Shown here: positions 6,924 through 10,629 of the stretch, in pieces
Layout: every line of letters starts with the position of its first letter
How positions within the stretch are numbered: the stretch's first letter is position 1
Source: Bacteroidota bacterium
GTDB taxonomy: Bacteria > Bacteroidota > JBBSVG01
Direction of reading: 5' to 3'
NCBI GenBank assembly: GCA_038233775.1
Contig: JBBSVG010000032.1
Coordinates: forward strand, 1-10,629
Length of the DNA: 10,629 nt
The notes under the pieces: generated by a model
Seen by the model: only the letters and a program-made list of their open reading frames with translations
Database searches by the model: none
Told to the model about the DNA's origin: nothing
Position numbers and translations under genes: made by a program

Positions 6924-8273
6924 TCAGCCCGCCGCCGGTCCGGCGATGAACCGGCCGAACGGCTCGCCAACCGGGTTTCCGCCCGACCAAATCGTCCGGC
7001 CGCCGAGGATTGTGCGGACGACGCGACCGCGCAGCTTCCGACCGAGATACGGGCTTTGCCGATGCCGGTGGCGCAGGTCATCGACCGTCAGCGTGGACTC
7101 GGCCGACAGATCGACGAGTGCCAGATCGGCGTCGAACCCCGGCGCAAGATGGCCCTTTCGCGGCAACCAGAAGCGTCGCGCGGCGGCGCCAGCGAGCAGA
7201 TCGGTCAGTTTTTCGAGCGGCAAGTCGCGCCGGGCGACGCCTTCGGTCAGCATCAGCGAGAGCGTTTGGCCGATGCTCGATATGCCGCCCCAAACGGCAA
7301 AAAAGTCGGCCGAGGTTTTTAGCTCCGGCGGACTCGGCGAGTGGTCGCTGGCGACCCAATCGACCTCGCCCGCGAGCAGCCGCGTCCACAGTTCGGCCTG
7401 CGTCGTCCGGTCCCGGATCGGCGGGGCGCACTTGGCGACGGCGCCGAGTTCCGCCACGTTGTCGTCGGTCAAGACGAGATAATGCGGACAGGTTTCGGCG
7501 GTCACATCGACGCCGCGCGCTTTCGCCGCCGCGACTCGGGCGATCCCGGCGCCGGTGCTGACGTGGACGATGTGCAGCGCGCAGCCGGTCGCCTGGGCAA
7601 ACGTGATGACCCGGTCGATGGCCTCCAACTCGGCGACGACCGGGCGCGAGCCGAGGTAATCGCGGACGCCGGTCCGGCCAGCGGCGATGGCGCGGCGGGC
7701 GAGTTCGGCCGTCAGACCATCGTGCTCGGCGTGGACGGCGACCGGCAGGCCGAGCGCGGCGGCGCGGATCATCCCGTCGTAGAGCGTGACGTCGTCGGCC
7801 GCCGAGAAATCGGCCATCCCGCTGTTCGACAAAAACGCCTTGAATCCGATTGCCCCAGCGGCGGCCAACTCGTCCAGCCGGTCCAGATTCCCCGGCACGA
7901 GTCCGCCCCAGAGCGCGAAATCGACCCGACTCGACCGCTCCCCCGCTGCCCGTTTGGCTGCAAACGCGGCGGCATCGACGGTCGGCGGCGTCGAGTTGAG
8001 CGGCATGTCGATCAGCGTCGTCCCGCCGCCCGAGGCAAAGGCGAGCGAGCCGGTGGCGAACCCTTCCCACTCGGTCCGACCCGGCTCGTTCAGGTGAACG
8101 TGCGGGTCGATCATCCCCGGCAGGACGTGCAATCCGGCTGCATCAACCGTCTCGCGGCCGTCCGCCAACCCCGGCTCCAGCGCGACGATCCGGCCGTCGT
8201 CCACGGCAATGTCCAGCGACTGCACGCCGTCTGGCAGCACGACCGCGCCGCCACGAATCACGAGATCGTGCAT
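6924..8273 (-). CDS. allB: Allantoinase (cyclic amidohydrolase, EC 3.5.2.5)
   Basis: Full-length match to the AllB pattern. It has the metal-binding HxH (MIDPHVHLNEPGRTEWEGFATGS), the carbamylated-Lys motif (IGFKAF), VHAEH, HIVHVST, ETCPHYL, AKCAPPIRD, ASDHSPSPPELK and HRHRQSPYLGR. Each is near-identical to the corresponding E. coli AllB segments. ATG at 8273 directly abuts the hiuH stop (TAGATG). Confidence 0.9.
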   Translation of the reverse strand: MHDLVIRGGAVVLPDGVQSLDIAVDDGRIVALEPGLADGRETVDAAGLHVLPGMIDPHVHLNEPGRTEWEGFATGSLAFASGGGTTLIDMPLNSTPPTVDAAAFAAKRAAGERSSRVDFALWGGLVPGNLDRLDELAAAGAIGFKAFLSNSGMADFSAADDVTLYDGMIRAAALGLPVAVHAEHDGLTAELARRAIAAGRTGVRDYLGSRPVVAELEAIDRVITFAQATGCALHIVHVSTGAGIARVAAAKARGVDVTAETCPHYLVLTDDNVAELGAVAKCAPPIRDRTTQAELWTRLLAGEVDWVASDHSPSPPELKTSADFFAVWGGISSIGQTLSLMLTEGVARRDLPLEKLTDLLAGAAARRFWLPRKGHLAPGFDADLALVDLSAESTLTVDDLRHRHRQSPYLGRKLRGRVVRTILGGRTIWSGGNPVGEPFGRFIAGPAAG

Positions 8274-8642
8274 CTAACTGCCCCGGTAGGTCGAGTAGGC
8301 GAACGGCGAGACGAGCAGCGGGACGTGGTAATGCGCCGCCGGATCGGCCAAGCCGACCCGAATCGGGACGCGATCCAAGAACGGCATCGTCGGCGCGGCG
8401 AGGCCGAGATCGAGCTGATCGGCTGGCGGCGCGAAGTAATCGCCGACGTGGAACGTCAGTTCATACACGCCGGGCGCCGCATCGGCCGAGAGCAACGGCC
8501 GGTCGAGTCGCCCGTCGGCGTTGGTCCGCGCCTCGGCCACCGGCACCCGGCGCTCGTCGCCCTCGATCCGGTGCAGCTCAACGCGCACCCCGGCCGCCGG
8601 TCGCCCGCGAGCCGTGTCCAACACATGGGTGGTTAGAGACAT
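8274..8642 (-). CDS. hiuH: 5-hydroxyisourate hydrolase (transthyretin-like HIUase)
   Basis: About 120-aa transthyretin-fold protein ending in the diagnostic YRGS tetrapeptide ([16 protein letters not shown]). This distinguishes HIU hydrolases from transthyretins. [18 protein letters not shown] at the N-terminus is typical of the family. It sits between uricase and allantoinase. Confidence 0.9.
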   Translation of the reverse strand: MSLTTHVLDTARGRPAAGVRVELHRIEGDERRVPVAEARTNADGRLDRPLLSADAAPGVYELTFHVGDYFAPPADQLDLGLAAPTMPFLDRVPIRVGLADPAAHYHVPLLVSPFAYSTYRGS

Positions 8643-8728
8643 ATCAGGAAGCGATGAGTGATGAATGAGGAGTGATGAATGGACAACGCCGCAGCACTCA
8701 GGGGTGCTCGGTCATCATTCCGCGTTCA
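8643..8728 (-). promoter_or_regulatory. Structured AT-richer intergenic element between uox and hiuH (candidate operator, internal promoter or attenuator)
   Basis: This is the only gap over 41 nt in the nine-gene array. On the + strand it reads: 2 x GAGTGATGAATG (8656-8667, 8670-8681, period 14), a small hairpin GCAGCAC-TCAGGGG-GTGCT (about 8691-8709), then 2 x TCATCATTCCGC (8712-8723, 8726-8737, period 14). The last copy overlaps the uricase stop and last codons, followed by a third ATTCCGC. There is no canonical SD for hiuH. The function is inferred only from position and architecture. Confidence 0.35.
8656..8683. repeat. Tandem direct repeat, 2 x 14 bp (GAGTGATGAATG + AG)
   Basis: Read directly: gagtgatgaatgag / gagtgatgaatgga. 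Confidence 0.8.
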
Positions 8729-8745
8729 TCATTCCGCATTCCGCC
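8712..8745. repeat. Tandem direct repeat, 2 x 14 bp (TCATCATTCCGC + GT/AT) plus third ATTCCGC
   Basis: Read directly: tcatcattccgcgt / tcatcattccgcat / tccgcc. The second copy spans the uricase stop codon. Confidence 0.8.
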
Positions 8746-9589
8746 CAACCGTCGCGGTGATCATGCCGTAGGGTTCGCTGGTGGCGACGAAGACGGCGTT
8801 CGGGTTGTCGAGCGAGAACGGGCTCAGATCGACGAGCAGCCGGTGCTGGTTGGGCAGCGTCATCGTGATCTCGGCGACCTCGGCGCAGGCGTCGAGCGTG
8901 GCTTGGGCCATGACGAGCAGCGTTTGCTGGACGGCGAGGCTGTCGTGTCCGGCGAAGGCGGTCAGCATCGCCCGGCGGATCGCGTCGTGGGCGGCGGTCG
9001 GGTCGGCCGGAACGGCGGTGTAGCGCCAGACGGCCGTGACGCTCGTCGCCATGATCCGGTCGGTCGTCTCTTTGAGCGACGTGTAGCGGTCGCGCTGAAA
9101 CCCGGTGAAGCCGGAGCGGGCCGTCTTCAGCACGACCAGATCGTCCAATCCACCGTGAACCGTAACCGTCCCGTCGCGGTCGGCCCGAACCTGGGCGGTG
9201 CGACGCTCGGCGCCGGTTGAGACAAACGCGTGCGGGTGCGGTGCCCCGGATTCGTCGCTCAACCGCGCCCAGCCGGCCTGCCGAATCGACACCGTTGCGG
9301 CCGTCACAGCATCGGTCGAGTCGAGAAAATGCCGGGCAACCGTTTGCGCGAACGCCTCGACATCGACGATCACGTGCTGCCGGGCGAGGGCGTACACGGT
9401 GTTCTTCATCGTGTCCGTCGCGACGATTCGGCTGTTGTCGCCGTGGGTGTATGAGCGACCGAAATCGCCTTCAAGTTCAATATCGACGCTCAGTTCGGCC
9501 AGATCGTGCCGACCATCGTCGTGCCGGTGGACGGTCGTCAGCCGAACGGCGGACTTGCCGTAGGTGTGGTGCAGCAGGGTCGCGGTCAT
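8729..9589 (-). CDS. uox: Urate oxidase (cofactor-independent uricase)
   Basis: Strong family motifs: HHTYGKSAVRL at the N-terminus, GDFGRSYTHGDNSRIVATDTMKNTVYALAR, VVLKTARSGFTGFQRDRYTSLKETTDRIMATSVTAVWRY, SLAVQQT and TMTLPNQHRLLVDLSPF...NPNAVFVATSEPYGMITATVGR. The match is collinear with the Arthrobacter and Bacillus uricases. Track ORF 8729..9763 carries a 58-codon Arg/His-rich N-terminal extension that overlaps the upstream gene. The ATG at 9589 (MTATLLHHTYGK) gives a typical 286-aa uricase and an ATGA overlap with the upstream gene's stop. Confidence 0.85.
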   Translation of the reverse strand: MTATLLHHTYGKSAVRLTTVHRHDDGRHDLAELSVDIELEGDFGRSYTHGDNSRIVATDTMKNTVYALARQHVIVDVEAFAQTVARHFLDSTDAVTAATVSIRQAGWARLSDESGAPHPHAFVSTGAERRTAQVRADRDGTVTVHGGLDDLVVLKTARSGFTGFQRDRYTSLKETTDRIMATSVTAVWRYTAVPADPTAAHDAIRRAMLTAFAGHDSLAVQQTLLVMAQATLDACAEVAEITMTLPNQHRLLVDLSPFSLDNPNAVFVATSEPYGMITATVGRNAE

Positions 9590-10239
9590 GTCGGTTCGGG
9601 GTCGGTGAGCGTCGGGGCGAAGCGGGCGAGGGCGGCGGTGAGCGTGGCCCGTTGATCGGCGGTGTGGGCCATCCGGTCGAGATCGACCCGGTGCATCGCG
9701 CCGCCTGTGGTTTCGGCGGTGAACACGTCGCCGTCGAATCCCGCCCGGCGGACATCGCGCCACGGCAGCACAACCCGGCGGAGCAGGTTGAACCGGATCG
9801 TCAGTTCGTCGGGGTCGAGCCGGATGTAGCGCGGACCACGCGGCCGATACGGTTTGAGCTTCGACTCGAACAGGGCAATCGAGAGGAACACCAACCCGAG
9901 GAACACAAACGTCAGCGGCAACGCGCGCTTGCCCAGCTCGGCCAACTCGGCGGCGTGGGCGAACTCGGCCAGCGCGGCGGCCAGATCGACGAACCCGACC
10001 CGTCGCCCATGAATCAAATGCGGCCGTTTCAGCTCGATGACGACGACGACCGCAAGCCCGATCCCAGCCAACAGGACGAACCCGGTCGCGACCGAGACAT
10101 GACCGGCGCCGATCTGATCGACGGCGCCCATGATCAGCGTCAGCCCGGCGACCAGATGGCGAAAGGCGTTGGCCCGCTCGATCCGCTTCGGGACGAGCCG
10201 AACGGTCAGGCCGTCGGCGGGAATCGGGTCAGCGTGCAT
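9586..10239 (-). CDS. Uncharacterised 3-TM membrane protein with cytoplasmic PH-like (bPH/DUF304-like) C-terminal domain
   Basis: 217 aa with three hydrophobic helices (HLVAGLTLIMGAV, VSVATGFVLLAGIGLAVVVVI, LPLTFVFLGLVFLSIALF). A soluble tail of about 85 aa follows (YIRLDPDELTIRFNLLRRVVLPWRDVRRAGFDGDVFTAETTGG...). Its alternating beta-strand pattern resembles bacterial membrane-flanked PH domains. The ATG at 10239 overlaps the uraD stop by 11 nt, and the stop overlaps the uricase ATG (ATGA). The codon usage is coherent and there are no internal stops. It is real by context, but its function is unknown. Confidence 0.6.
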   Translation of the reverse strand: MHADPIPADGLTVRLVPKRIERANAFRHLVAGLTLIMGAVDQIGAGHVSVATGFVLLAGIGLAVVVVIELKRPHLIHGRRVGFVDLAAALAEFAHAAELAELGKRALPLTFVFLGLVFLSIALFESKLKPYRPRGPRYIRLDPDELTIRFNLLRRVVLPWRDVRRAGFDGDVFTAETTGGAMHRVDLDRMAHTADQRATLTAALARFAPTLTDPEPT

Positions 10240-10629
10240 CGGCGAGCAGGTCGGTCAGGCGGAACCGGGCGATCTTGCCGATCTCGCCGAGCGCGGTCGC
10301 GATTTCTTCCGCCCGATTGTGGCGCAGCCGGATCGGGAACGCGGTCAGGATCGACGCCTTCTTGTGCTCTCGGGCGCACAGGACGAACGGAAAGCCGAAC
10401 CGCTCGCGGTAGGCGCCGTTGAAGTGGTCGAAGGCAACGACCTCGTCGTCCGTCAGATCGCCCAGCCCGGCTGAGGCTTGCTCGCGGCTCGATTCGGCCG
10501 TCAGCGTCCCGGCCCGAGCGGCGCGGCCGACCAGATCGGGGTGCGCTTGGATCAGCCCGAGTTTTTCGTCGTCGGTCGCGGCCTCAACGGTCGCCATCAG
10601 CGCGTCGTGCAGCGCATCGACCGAGGCGA
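10229..10629 (-). CDS. uraD: OHCU decarboxylase (2-oxo-4-hydroxy-4-carboxy-5-ureidoimidazoline decarboxylase), 5' end beyond window
   Basis: The track starts at an internal Met (10597). The frame stays open to the window edge (ASVDALHDALMATVEAATDDEKLGLIQAHPDL...). The HP(D/R)L segment and FGFPFVLCAREH are the family hallmarks. The full protein is expected to be about 165 aa, so roughly 30-40 codons lie beyond position 10629. Confidence 0.8.
   Translation of the reverse strand, partial: ASVDALHDALMATVEAATDDEKLGLIQAHPDLVGRAARAGTLTAESSREQASAGLGDLTDDEVVAFDHFNGAYRERFGFPFVLCAREHKKASILTAFPIRLRHNRAEEIATALGEIGKIARFRLTDLLADAR

Noticed and set aside
5944-7482. 512-aa + strand ORF
   Set aside because: It lies antisense to tsaC, xdhC and allB. 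The composition is Arg/Ala/Gly/Ser/Pro-dominated with no recognisable motif. A long open antisense frame like this is typical of 70% GC coding DNA. The opposite strand carries unambiguous enzyme homologues.
7341-8636. 431-aa + strand ORF
   Set aside because: Antisense to allantoinase and HIU hydrolase. It has low-complexity Arg/Gly/Asp composition and no motifs. The true genes are on the minus strand.
8643-8745. CRISPR array or purine riboswitch in the uox-hiuH repeats
   Set aside because: There are only two to three copies of 12-14-bp units with no unique spacers, and no cas genes. No match to the guanine/adenine riboswitch core (no conserved P1/J-loop consensus) could be seen by eye.
8729-9763. 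58-codon Arg/His-rich N-terminal extension of the uricase ORF. Analogous extensions exist on tsaC (to 6227) and xdhC (to 6990)
   Set aside because: Homology-defined N-termini begin at internal ATGs (9589, about 6110, 6882). Those ATGs have good SDs or coupling overlaps. The extensions would overlap the upstream genes by 60-180 nt in another frame and look like non-coding composition.
9217-10422. 401-aa + strand ORF, and the 182-aa ORF at 8672..9220 with a GAGGAG upstream
   Set aside because: Both are antisense to uricase, the membrane protein and uraD. They are extremely Arg-rich. The GAGGAG is part of the intergenic tandem repeat and is only 2 nt from the ATG. No family resemblance.
1-10629. 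Mobile elements, integrases, toxin-antitoxin or defence genes
   Set aside because: No transposase, recombinase or nuclease motifs. No long terminal inverted repeats. No GC-content discontinuity beyond the small 86-nt spacer. The region looks like core metabolic chromosome.

Overview
High-GC (~70%) bacterial chromosomal window with 13 confident protein-coding genes and no RNA genes, CRISPR arrays or mobile elements. On the + strand there are three genes. The first two are an NfeD-like (YqiJ-type) membrane protein translationally coupled (8-nt GTGGCTGA overlap) to a YqiK/FloT-type flotillin with a long EA-rich coiled coil, followed by a strong hairpin. The third is a secreted TPR-like repeat protein of unknown function. 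The rest of the window (3729 to the right edge) is one tightly packed nine-gene array on the minus strand. Its stops and starts overlap or abut (11, 4, 0, 8 and 4 nt), and it encodes the urate-to-allantoate route plus purine salvage/catabolism accessories. In order these are OHCU decarboxylase (5' end off-window), an uncharacterised 3-TM membrane protein with a PH-like C-terminal domain, cofactor-less urate oxidase, 5-hydroxyisourate hydrolase (C-terminal YRGS), allantoinase AllB, XdhC, a Sua5/YwlC-type TsaC, a CDA-fold guanine deaminase and a coupled lipoprotein. The only sizeable gap in the array is 86 nt between uricase and HIU hydrolase. It is AT-richer and holds two pairs of 14-bp tandem repeats flanking a small hairpin, and is a candidate internal regulatory element. 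The most novel items are that gap and the unknown membrane protein wedged between uraD and uox. The track lists many long ORFs on the strand opposite to the real genes (up to 532 aa). They are Arg/Gly/Ala-rich antisense artefacts of high GC. All coordinates follow the supplied ORF track. Start codons were re-chosen by homology-expected N-termini and SD sequences where the track ORF begins at an upstream alternative start.
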